This document shows, piece after piece, positions 55,741-64,000 of a DNA stretch of 64,000 nucleotides. This stretch comes from Myxococcota bacterium. Lineage in GTDB: Bacteria > Myxococcota_A > UBA9042 > PHBI01 > JAWLBL01. How positions within the stretch are numbered: position 1 is the stretch's first letter; every line of letters starts with the position of its first letter. The notes beneath the pieces are model-generated. The model saw nothing but the letters and a program-made list of their open reading frames with translations. It ran no database searches and was not told the origin of the DNA. The translations under genes and the position numbers were made by a program. The stretch is taken from positions 39,540-103,539 of the forward strand of contig JAWLBL010000031.1 of the NCBI GenBank assembly GCA_041687695.1, written 5' to 3'.

Positions 55741-58700
55741 TCAGCGCGCGTCGGGGACGACGAGCGGGGACAGCTGTGGGGTGAGGTCGCTGCCGACCCC
55801 GACCTCTCCGTGGTCGTTGGAGCCCCAGCACAGTAGCGCGCCGTCGGCCCGCTGCGCGCAGGTGTGGTCGAATCCGGCCCAGATCTCGCGGGCGTACAAG
55901 GCCGCCGAGGGCGACACGGGCGTCGCCGAGCTCGCCGGGAACGCCTCGCCCCCGCCGAGCTGGCCGGTCTTGTTGGCGCCCCAGCAGGCCACCGAAGCGG
56001 CGCTGCGGGCGACGCAGGCGTGCGCGTGGCCCACCGACAGGTCGAGGCTGGGCGTGACCCCGGGGACGTTGACCGGCGTCGCGGTCCCGAAGGCCGCCGG
56101 GGTGTCGGTCCCCAGCTGCTTGTCGTCGTTGGCGCCCCAGCACTGCACCGAGCCGTTGACCCGGCGCACGCAGTTGAACTGATGGCCGACCCCCAGCTCG
56201 ACCACGCCCTGCACCGCGGGCGCCAACGCGGTCGGCGAGCCGAGCGACGCCGGCGCGCCCAGCTGGCTCTGCCCGTTGGCGCCCCAGCAGCGCACCTCGC
56301 CGTAGGCCAGGTGGACGCAGGTGTGGTTGAACCCGCCGCCCACCGAGACCAGCCCGGCCGGGGCCACGGTCGCCAGCACCGGCAGGCTCTTGGCGCCCGA
56401 CAGCGGGTTGCCGTTGCCCAGCTTGCCGCCGTCGTTGTTGCCCCAGCAGTACAGCTCGTCGGCGTCGGTGATGGCGCACGCGTGCGTCTCGCCCACGCCG
56501 ATGGCGATGGCCCGGGGGTTGAGGATGACCGGGGTCGGCTGCGGCGAGGCCGGGCCGTCGCCGACGCCCAGCTGCCCCTGGCCGTTGGCGCCCCAGCACA
56601 GGACCTTTCCGTCGGCGCGCAGCGCGCAGGCGTGGTGGCCGCCCACCTGCACGTCCACGGCGGGCCCGTAGACGTCGATGGGCTGCGGGCTGAAGTGGTC
56701 CACCGGCGCCTCGCCCGGGTGCCCCAGGGCCGCGCCCCAGCAGCGGACCTCTCCCTCGACGCTGACCCCGCAGGTGGCGTCGCGCCCGGTCGACAGCGCG
56801 ATCATCGACGAGGCCGCGTGGAGGCCGTCTACCGCGGTGGGCAGCGACTCACCCGAGCTCCCGGAGCCGAGCCCCGGCAGCGCGCCCCAGCAGTAGGCCC
56901 GGCCGGTCCCCATCACGGCGCAGGCGTGCTCGCGGCCCGCCGAGACGGCCCGCGCCCGGCCTGGCAGCTCGACCCAGGCCGGCGCGACCGAGCCCGAGCC
57001 GACGGCCTCGGTCCCCAGCTGCCCCTTGGCGTTGCTGCCCCAGCAGCGCACGTCCCCGTCGCCCATGAGGGCGCACGAGAAGGCGTCCCCCAGCGCCAGC
57101 GCGCGCACGCCCTGCAGGCCGGTGACCTGCAGCGGGCTGATGGCGTGCTGCGTGGAGACCGGGTTGACCCCCAGCTGCCCGTCGCCGTTGTCGCCCCAGC
57201 AGAAGACCGCCCCGTCGCCGCGGATGGCGCAGGCGTGCCGCGCGCCGGCTGCGACGACCCGAGCGATGTCGAGGCCGGTGCTGGCGGTGACGGCTGCAGG
57301 CGTCTCGGTCTCGCTGATCACGCCGCGACCGAGCTGTCCCTTCAGGTTGTCGCCCCAGCAGCGGACGACCCCGTCGGCCCCCAGCGCGCAGGCGAAGGCC
57401 TCGCCCGCCACCACCGAGCGCATGCCCGAGGCGATGGCCTGCTGCGGCATCGGCTGCGGATCCTTGGAGGCCAGGTTGCCCAGCTGCCCCTGCTCGTTGT
57501 CGCCCCAGCACGCGACCGCGCCGGTGCTGCGCAGCGCGCAGGCGTGACGGGCGCCCACGGCCAGGTCGATCGCGCCGTCGACGTAGGCGACCTTGACCGC
57601 GCTGGCGCTCAGCTTGCCTTCGATGCTCTTGCCCAGCTGACCGCTGGTGTTGTCGCCCCAGCAGGAGACCGTGCCGTCCTGGTGGGCGGCGCAGGTGTGC
57701 CCGTCGCCGGCGCCCAGGCGGCGTACCTGCTGGACCTTGGCGCCCTTGGCGTCGACCGCGGTGACCGGCTGGGCCGCGTCCTGCATCAGGCCGTCGCCGA
57801 GCTGGCCGCTGTCCCCGGCGCCCCAGCAGCGGACGGTGCCGTCGGCCAGCAGGGCGCAGGCGTGGGCGCCGCCCGAGGCCGTGGCGAGCGTCGCGCGCGG
57901 GGTGAGGGTGACGGCCTCGACCACCTTGGTGTTGGCGTCGACGTTGCCCAGCGGGTCGCGGGCCCGGGCCAGGAAGAAGTAGCGGGTGTTGGCCGCCAGC
58001 CCGGTGACCATCGCCTCGCCGGTCGCGGCCGACACCACCTGGTGGACGACGAAGTCGCCGAGGCAGCCGTCGGGCTCGGGGGACAGGCAGACGTCGAGCT
58101 GGAGCGACGAGGTCGGGTGGTGGTCGTCGATGGGCGGGGGGAACTGGAGCGTCACGGCGTCGGGGGCGACCGGCACGACGGCGGCGAGGCCGGCGAAGTC
58201 CGGGGCCAGGGTGTCGTAGACGAAGGTCAGGCCCTCGGGCGAGCAGGCCGAGACGTTGCCGGCGGCGTCCACCGCGCGGGCGTGGAAGACGGTGACGGTG
58301 CTGGCGACGGTGACCGTGAAGTGGGCGTCGCCGAAGAAGTCCGCCTCGTCGGTGGCGACCGGGGCGTCGGAGCAGTCCGCGGTCTGGTGCAGCCGGACCG
58401 TCTCGAAGGGGCCGGCAAGGACGGTGACCGAGACCTCGGGGCTGGTGTTGGAGGCCTCGGGGGCGAGCGCGAGCACGAAGGGCGGCGCGGGCGGGGTGCC
58501 GTCGTGGACGTAGGTCAGGTCCTCGGACAGGCAGCCCGAGGCGTTGCCCGCGGCGTCGACGGCCTGGAGGCTGAAGGCGGTGGCGGCGTCCTGGGCGACC
58601 TCGACCGGGTCGGTCTCGAAGGCGCCGGTGGCGTCGGCGACGGCTTCGGCGACAGGGACGCCGTCGCAGGCGGCGCCCGCCCAGATCAGCACGGTGGCGC

Positions 58701-59715
58701 CGGGTTCGGCGGTGCCTTCGAGGACGGGGAACTTCTCGTTGGAGGGCGAGGCGGGCTGGGAGCCGATGAGGACGGGCAGGTCGGGCGGCAGCGTGTCGGC
58801 GTGGTAGACGAGGGGGCCGGCGCACGAGGAGGCGACGCCGACGTCGCTGATGGTCTCGGCGTAGAGCGGGACGTCGGCGTTGGCGAAGACGGTCAGGGGC
58901 AGCGCGAAGGCGCCGCCCTCGGCGACGCCCTGGGCGGCCGGCGGGCCCTCGCAGGCGAAGCCGACGAAGGCGCGGACGGTCAGGCCGGGCTGGGCGGTGC
59001 CCTTCAGGGTGGGGGAGACCGAGGGGCTGGGCGAGCCGGGGTCGGTGGCGGTCAGGGTCGGCGGCGGCGGCGGGTCGCAGACCTCGTCGGTCTGGCCGTT
59101 GCAGTCGTTGTCGACGCCGTCGCACTTCTCGGCGACGGGGGCGGGGGCGTCGCAGGCCGAGAGGCCGGCCTCGGTGCAGCCGCGCTGGCCGCCGCAGGCG
59201 CCGTCCCAGCAGGGGGTCCAGGCGCCCAGGGCGACGCCAGCGGGCGAGCAGGCGCACTCGCCCTGGGTCGGGACGCAGTGCGGCGCGGGCGGACCGTCGT
59301 GCTCGAGCTGCGAGACCGGGTCGCAGGCGTAGCCCTCGGGGCAGTCGTCGTGGTCCTCGCAGGGCGCGGCGCAGAAGGCGCCGGCCTGGCCGAGCGCCAC
59401 GCAGGACAGGCCCGCCTCGGCGCAGTCGGCGGTGGCGGCGCAGGGGTCGCAGGCCTGGCGCACCGGGTCTGCGGCGTCGGCGGCGTCCGCGTCGGCGTCT
59501 TCCGGGGTGGCGTCGGCGCCCGCGTCGGTGTCGGGGGTCGAGGCGTCGTCGGCCGGGTCGCCGTCCGAGCCGCTGGGGGTGTCGCCGCCGCCCAGGGTGT
59601 CGGGGGCCAGGCTGTCGACGCCCAGATCCGTGTCGATCAGGCCGAGCTCGGCGCGGTCGACCTCGATGCACCCCGCGAGGGTGGCCAGCACAGCTACGAG
59701 CGCGATGCGTTTCAT
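55741..59715 (-). CDS. Giant surface lipoprotein: Cys-rich module, 3 Ig-like repeats, FN3-like domain, 14 RCC1 repeats
   Basis: Lipobox LAGC; CDGVDNDCNGQTDE; 14 counted CWG units; same domain order as 22052-27316. Confidence 0.9.
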   Translation of the reverse strand: MKRIALVAVLATLAGCIEVDRAELGLIDTDLGVDSLAPDTLGGGDTPSGSDGDPADDASTPDTDAGADATPEDADADAADAADPVRQACDPCAATADCAEAGLSCVALGQAGAFCAAPCEDHDDCPEGYACDPVSQLEHDGPPAPHCVPTQGECACSPAGVALGAWTPCWDGACGGQRGCTEAGLSACDAPAPVAEKCDGVDNDCNGQTDEVCDPPPPPTLTATDPGSPSPSVSPTLKGTAQPGLTVRAFVGFACEGPPAAQGVAEGGAFALPLTVFANADVPLYAETISDVGVASSCAGPLVYHADTLPPDLPVLIGSQPASPSNEKFPVLEGTAEPGATVLIWAGAACDGVPVAEAVADATGAFETDPVEVAQDAATAFSLQAVDAAGNASGCLSEDLTYVHDGTPPAPPFVLALAPEASNTSPEVSVTVLAGPFETVRLHQTADCSDAPVATDEADFFGDAHFTVTVASTVTVFHARAVDAAGNVSACSPEGLTFVYDTLAPDFAGLAAVVPVAPDAVTLQFPPPIDDHHPTSSLQLDVCLSPEPDGCLGDFVVHQVVSAATGEAMVTGLAANTRYFFLARARDPLGNVDANTKVVEAVTLTPRATLATASGGAHACALLADGTVRCWGAGDSGQLGDGLMQDAAQPVTAVDAKGAKVQQVRRLGAGDGHTCAAHQDGTVSCWGDNTSGQLGKSIEGKLSASAVKVAYVDGAIDLAVGARHACALRSTGAVACWGDNEQGQLGNLASKDPQPMPQQAIASGMRSVVAGEAFACALGADGVVRCWGDNLKGQLGRGVISETETPAAVTASTGLDIARVVAAGARHACAIRGDGAVFCWGDNGDGQLGVNPVSTQHAISPLQVTGLQGVRALALGDAFSCALMGDGDVRCWGSNAKGQLGTEAVGSGSVAPAWVELPGRARAVSAGREHACAVMGTGRAYCWGALPGLGSGSSGESLPTAVDGLHAASSMIALSTGRDATCGVSVEGEVRCWGAALGHPGEAPVDHFSPQPIDVYGPAVDVQVGGHHACALRADGKVLCWGANGQGQLGVGDGPASPQPTPVILNPRAIAIGVGETHACAITDADELYCWGNNDGGKLGNGNPLSGAKSLPVLATVAPAGLVSVGGGFNHTCVHLAYGEVRCWGANGQSQLGAPASLGSPTALAPAVQGVVELGVGHQFNCVRRVNGSVQCWGANDDKQLGTDTPAAFGTATPVNVPGVTPSLDLSVGHAHACVARSAASVACWGANKTGQLGGGEAFPASSATPVSPSAALYAREIWAGFDHTCAQRADGALLCWGSNDHGEVGVGSDLTPQLSPLVVPDAR

Positions 59716-59782
59716 GGCGGCGGAGTCTAGCCGCGGGGGTGGGCCAGAGCCAGAAGCGGCGCTGCGGGGGGCGTTGCAGCCG

Positions 59783-60796
59783 CTAACGGCACAGGTCCAT
59801 GACCAGGCGCTCCATGACGATGGCGTCGTCCACGCCGCTGGACTTGAGGCGGAGATCGCTCTCGTACAGGCGCTCGTAGGCGGCGCGCAGGGTGGCGCGC
59901 TGGAACTTGGTCGACTGGGCCCAGAGCTTCTTGGCCTGGAAGGGGTGGACCTTGAGCAGGCGGGTGGCGGCGTCGAGATCGTGGCCGGCGGCGCGGGCGG
60001 CGGCGATCTGCCACAGCATGCGGACGTGGCGGGTGAGCATGCCGAGGATCATCAGGGCGGGCTGGCGGTGCTCGAGCATCGAGTGGACGTGGGCCAGGGC
60101 CTGGGCGGTGCGGCGCTCGCCGACGGCGTCCATCAGCTCGAAGATGCCGTGGGCGCGGGTGGCGGCGAGGACGGCCTCGACGGCGTCCTCGGTGATGGGC
60201 TGGCCCGGGCCGACGTAGAGGCTGAGCTGGTCGACGACCAGGCGCAGCTGCTGCAGATCGGTGCCCGTGAGGTCGGCGACCAGGCGGGCCGTGCCGCTGT
60301 CCATGCGGTGGCCCTGGCGGCGGGCCTCGTCCATCAGCCAGCCGGGGACCTCGCGGTCCTTGAGCGGGTCGAAGGCGAGGATCTCGCCCGAGCGCTTGAG
60401 CTCCTTGTAGAGCTTGGTCGTGCCGAGGAGCTTGTCGGCGACCAGGATGAGGGTGCAGTGGGGGTTGGGGCGGGCGACGTACTCGGCGACCTGGTCGCGG
60501 CCCTCGGCGTCCTTGTCGAGCTGGTCGGCGCCGCGGACCAGGACGGCGGTGCGGCCGCCGAAGAGGTTGATCGAGCGGCAGGCGCCCAGGACGGCGCGGG
60601 CGTCGCGGCCGGACTCGGTGAGATCGATGCGGGTGACGGACAGGGTGTCGGCCGGATCGTCGACGGCGCTGGCGAGGACCTGGCGGACGGCCTCGTCGAC
60701 CATCAGGCGCTCGGCGCCCTGCACCAGCCAGACCGGCCGCCGCTCGCCCGATTTCAATAGGCGCGCCAGCGCCTTGGGGTCGTTCGCCGTGCTCAT
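59783..60796 (-). CDS. holA: DNA polymerase III subunit delta
   Basis: WLVQG.E, NLFGG.T.VLV, QL.LY, IFELMDAV, D..LKS motifs; start 60796 or 60808. Confidence 0.9.
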   Translation of the reverse strand: MSTANDPKALARLLKSGERRPVWLVQGAERLMVDEAVRQVLASAVDDPADTLSVTRIDLTESGRDARAVLGACRSINLFGGRTAVLVRGADQLDKDAEGRDQVAEYVARPNPHCTLILVADKLLGTTKLYKELKRSGEILAFDPLKDREVPGWLMDEARRQGHRMDSGTARLVADLTGTDLQQLRLVVDQLSLYVGPGQPITEDAVEAVLAATRAHGIFELMDAVGERRTAQALAHVHSMLEHRQPALMILGMLTRHVRMLWQIAAARAAGHDLDAATRLLKVHPFQAKKLWAQSTKFQRATLRAAYERLYESDLRLKSSGVDDAIVMERLVMDLCR

Positions 60797-60878
60797 GGCG
60801 CGCACCATCGCGCGGCCCCCGGCGCGGGGTCAAGCCTGGCGCGGAGGGCGGGGGCGGCCCGCGGCGCGGCGGCCCTGC

Positions 60879-60906
60879 TTGACCGATCGGATCCGGCTCT
60901 TAGCGT
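60879..60906 (+). promoter_or_regulatory. Sigma70-like promoter for the gene at 61054
   Basis: TTGACC-N16-TAGCGT. Confidence 0.45.
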
Positions 60907-61053
60907 TCGAGTCACCACGCGCTCGATCCCTCCGCGACCCTTCCGTCTCCCCATCATCAGCTTTCAGCGCACGGCCCTCCGCCCCTGCGTCAGCGCGTCG
61001 AGGCCGGCCACGCGCGCCTTCCCCCCTACTCGCAGACCCACCGAGGTGGACCG

Positions 61054-61662
61054 ATGGCCAAGAACAACGGCTCCGAGACCCAGAAGAAGACCACGCGCGG
61101 CCGCAAGAGCAGCGAGGGCGCCGCCGAAAAGGCCGAGACCCGCACCGCCCGCGCGCGCGGCAGCAAGTCGACCACCGCCGGCAAGACCGCGACCGCCCGC
61201 GCCAAGGAAGGCGCCAAGTCGGCCGCCAGCCAGGCCGGCGGCTCGGCCCGCAAGGGCGCCGAGAAGGTGTCCGGCGCGGCCAAGACGGCGACGCGCCGCA
61301 CCAAGGCGTCGGCCCAGGAGGCGGCCAGCACCTCCAAGCGAGCCGCCAAGCAGGCCAGCAGCCGCACCCAGGCCGCGGCCAAGGGCAACGGCGCGGCCGC
61401 GGGCAAGGGCGGCGGGCCCACCATGGGCCAGGCCGCCAGCCGCCAGGGCGGCGCCCAGAACTCCATGGACCGCGCCCGCGGCGCCATGGAGAGCGCCATG
61501 AACCAGGCCATGGAGCGCCTGCAGAGCGACGAGATGAAGCGGCGCTACCGCCGCGCCATCGGCAAGTTCCAGCGCTGGCTCAACGAGGCCAAGCAGTCCA
61601 TCGACAAGCAGCTCATCGCCCTGCGCGACCGCCTGTCCTCGGGCGAGCGCGGGCGGGCGTAG
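61054..61662 (+). CDS. Basic Ala/Lys-rich low-complexity (histone H1-like) protein with a C-terminal helical domain
   Basis: GAGGTGG RBS; A/K/S/T/R-rich N-terminal region; amphipathic C-terminal helices; followed by a terminator. Confidence 0.75.
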   Translation: MAKNNGSETQKKTTRGRKSSEGAAEKAETRTARARGSKSTTAGKTATARAKEGAKSAASQAGGSARKGAEKVSGAAKTATRRTKASAQEAASTSKRAAKQASSRTQAAAKGNGAAAGKGGGPTMGQAASRQGGAQNSMDRARGAMESAMNQAMERLQSDEMKRRYRRAIGKFQRWLNEAKQSIDKQLIALRDRLSSGERGRA

Positions 61663-61710
61663 GGGCGAGGGCCCTCGCGCTCGAACGAGCGAGCGATTGC
61701 ACACGAAGTG

Positions 61711-61741
61711 AGCCCCGCCCGGGAGACCGGGTGGGGCTTTT
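61711..61741 (+). terminator. Intrinsic terminator
   Basis: AGCCCCGCCCGG-GAGA-CCGGGTGGGGCT followed by TTT. Confidence 0.8.
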
Positions 61742-62226
61742 GTCGTCCTCACGCTCGGCGTGCACGGCTGAACGCCAAGGGCCGGGGCCATGTCGACATC
61801 CGGCCGGCTGGTCGAGCCGGGTGGCTGGGCGCAGGGTGTGGGCCGGAACCAAACAGTCATTCAGTTGGTCGTCCCGGGACGGCGGTTATCCAGGTCGTCA
61901 TGCCGCGACGGGGCGAAAGCGGCGACGAAGGGGTGACAATGGGCTGGGTAGCCTCCGCTACGGTCGGCCTCAAGGGCTTTGTCCCCCTTGGCCGTCCTTC
62001 GGCCGGCCAATTCCTCGCGGACGACAAAGCCCTTGACCCCGACCTCCGCTGCGGCTGAGGGGCCAATATCGGCCCGGACGGGGCCGTCCGGGCCGCTTCG
62101 CGTCCCGCACGCTCGGCGTGGGTGCTGGGCGCTGAGGGCCGAGGTCATGCTGGCCTCCGGGTCGCCAGTCGAGCCGAGGTGGCCGGGGGGCGAGATTCGG
62201 TCGGCAATTAAACATCCGTGCAGTTA

Positions 62227-62417
62227 GTCGTCCCGGGACGACGGGTCACCCACGTCGCCGTCCCGGGACGACGCTCAGCCAGGTTGTCGTCCCGGGACGA
62301 CGCTTACCCAAGTCGTCGTCCCGGGACGACGCTCATCCAGTCCGCCGTCCCGGGACGACGCTCAGCCAGGTTGTCGTCCCGGGACGAAGCTGGCCCAGGT
62401 CGCCGTCCCGGGTCGGC
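62227..62417. repeat. Left array: seven 29-bp units with core palindrome GTCGTCCCGGGACGAC
   Basis: Cores start at 62227, 62257, 62286, 62315, 62344, 62373, 62402; 13-14-nt linkers with consensus GCTCAnCCAGGTY. Confidence 0.95.
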
Positions 62418-62419
62418 GG

Positions 62420-63607
62420 TCAGACGACCTGCCGGACCGGGTCGGGCTGGAGTCCACCCGCATCCCGAGTGGCTCGCTTGAGCCGGACGAAGTCGGCCCC
62501 CAGCTCCTGGCGGGCGATGAGCTGGTTGTGGGCCTGACACACGAGGCTGATGTTGTCGGCGGAGTGGGCCCCGCCCTTGGCGAAGGCCTCGTGGTGGTGG
62601 AACTCCAGCCGCCTCCGCTCGCGACAACGACCCGCCGGACCGCGATAGGTGCAGCGCAGTCCGTCCCGCTCGACCACCGCCCGCTTCACCTCGGCCGGGA
62701 TGGCCCGGCTGCGGTCCTTGGGCTCGGGCGCCTCGGTCGGCTCGGTCGGTTCGGTGACGTCCACCTGGTCCTCGGGCTCGCTCGCCACTGCCGCCGGCTC
62801 GGGCGGGGCAGGGATGGGCGCGACAGGGACCTTCTTGGCCTTCGGCTTGCGCCCCACCCCGAACCGCTGCTTCTTCTTCGCGGTCAGGAAGGCGTCCAGC
62901 GCCATCTCGAACAGCCGCTCGTAGTCCCCGGCGCCGACTTGATGGCCGGCCAGGGCCATCGCCTCCTCGAGCTTGGCCGCCACCCGCGCGTCGACGGTGA
63001 TCTGGACCTTGAAGCGCTGCTCCGACAACGGCTCGACCCGATGCTTGGGCCTGGGCGCCGCCAGCTGGAGACCGTCGTCCCGGGACGACGGGTCCGCGTC
63101 GGCCGACTCGCCGGCCGTCGACTTCGGCGCCAGCGCCGGCGTCGGCGGAGCCGAGGGCCGGGCCGGAAGCCGAACCACCCGCGCCGGCACGTCCGGCCGC
63201 GGCGACCACCTGGCCATCAGCAGCTGAAGCTCCTGTCGGGTCTTGCCGGCCGCCTCCCTCAAGCGCCCCTCGGCGTTTCCGTCCGACAAATGCTGCCGCA
63301 GCGCCCGCACGCCGCTCAGGCTCAACCGTCCGTCCGCGACCATCTCCAACACCAGCGGCCACTTGCGCGCCACCTCGACGACCTTGGTGTAGGTCCAGGC
63401 CTGGTCCTCGGACAGCCCCCACCGCGCCATGCACCAGTCGGCCAGCGTCGACGCGCCTTCGGTCAGGTGCAGGTCCCGCCGCACCACCTCGACCAGACAG
63501 GCCAGCAGGTTCGCCGTCGCCTTGCGGTGCACCAACACCAACCCGTCGGCCGTCGCCATCAGGTCGCTATCGGACAGTCTCTCCAGGCAGCCATTACGGT
63601 CGCTCAT
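62420..63607 (-). CDS. HNH endonuclease with a long DUF222-like N-terminal region
   Basis: RAIP.EVKRAV.ERDGLRC..C..LEFHH..GG....N...C..HN; AGGAGG RBS before ATG 63607. Confidence 0.92.
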   Translation of the reverse strand: MSDRNGCLERLSDSDLMATADGLVLVHRKATANLLACLVEVVRRDLHLTEGASTLADWCMARWGLSEDQAWTYTKVVEVARKWPLVLEMVADGRLSLSGVRALRQHLSDGNAEGRLREAAGKTRQELQLLMARWSPRPDVPARVVRLPARPSAPPTPALAPKSTAGESADADPSSRDDGLQLAAPRPKHRVEPLSEQRFKVQITVDARVAAKLEEAMALAGHQVGAGDYERLFEMALDAFLTAKKKQRFGVGRKPKAKKVPVAPIPAPPEPAAVASEPEDQVDVTEPTEPTEAPEPKDRSRAIPAEVKRAVVERDGLRCTYRGPAGRCRERRRLEFHHHEAFAKGGAHSADNISLVCQAHNQLIARQELGADFVRLKRATRDAGGLQPDPVRQVV

Positions 63608-63638
63608 CGGGCCCACTCCTCCTGTTCGGGAGCGAGCA

Positions 63639-63647
63639 GTGTAGCAC
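63639..63647 (-). promoter_or_regulatory. Extended -10 promoter candidate for the HNH gene
   Basis: Minus strand TG-C-TACACT about 30 nt upstream of the start. Confidence 0.45.
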
Positions 63648-63855
63648 GGGGGGGTCGACCTCCTCGCAATGCCCCCTGGACGGCCGTTCAGGCCCTCCAG
63701 ACACCCCGCGGCGACCCCCGACCCTGATCAGCGCGACCTGAGCGACGTCAGCGGCCTCTCAGAGCCCGTCCCGCCCCGACCCTCGATCGGCGAAGACGTC
63801 CGCTGAAAACCTGTCAACAACCATTTCACTCCTCCCGCCCTTACGATGTCGTTTT

Positions 63856-63987
63856 TTCGTCCCGGGACGGCGACCAGCACGACCGTCGTCCCTGGACGGC
63901 GACCTGGGTAAGCGTCGTCCCGGGACGGCGACCTGACTGAGCGTCGTCCCGGGACGGCGACCTGGGTAAGCGTCGTGCCGGGCCGAC
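63856..63987. repeat. Right array: five 29-bp units, inverted relative to the left array (may continue past the window)
   Basis: Cores start at 63856, 63885, 63914, 63943, 63972; linkers GACCTGGGTAAGC and GACCTGACTGAGC are near reverse complements of left-array linkers. Confidence 0.95.
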
Positions 63988-64000
63988 GAACCCACCGAAC

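Noticed and set aside
62227..63987. CRISPR or TIGR-type guide array beside an HNH nuclease
   Set aside because: Linkers are only 13 nt, resemble one another and recur identically, so they are not unique spacers; no cas gene or recognisable Nop-like domain.

Overview
Very GC-rich bacterial chromosome segment, most consistent with a Myxococcota-type organism (MYXO-CTERM-like tails, many Cys-rich lipoproteins, roadblock proteins, DUF2330). It holds about 45 protein genes: a signalling cluster (di-iron MBL/ODP-like protein, three roadblock/LC7 proteins, Ser/Thr kinase-FGE fusion, OmpA-domain protein), a Rieske + cytochrome b/diheme c complex, a hybrid histidine kinase, a LysM muramidase, an M1 aminopeptidase-serA pair, two giant RCC1-repeat lipoproteins, an M64 peptidase, a Ski2-like helicase, desaturases, a triple-DsbA protein, DAHP synthase and holA. 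No rRNA, tRNA or true CRISPR was seen. The most unusual DNA is non-coding: (1) an HNH nuclease gene flanked by two mutually inverted arrays of a 29-bp unit built on the palindrome GTCGTCCCGGGACGAC, with a diverged duplicate of the distal flank; (2) a 42-bp double-palindrome array with compensatory changes just downstream of an unknown helical protein; (3) a 114-bp four-hairpin REP-like element in six copies; (4) a 36-bp duplication of the DAHP synthase 3' end bracketing a small insert. A translationally coupled pair of a 276-aa unknown protein and a MazF-like ORF is a candidate new toxin-antitoxin module. All family assignments come from motif recognition by eye; no searches were run.
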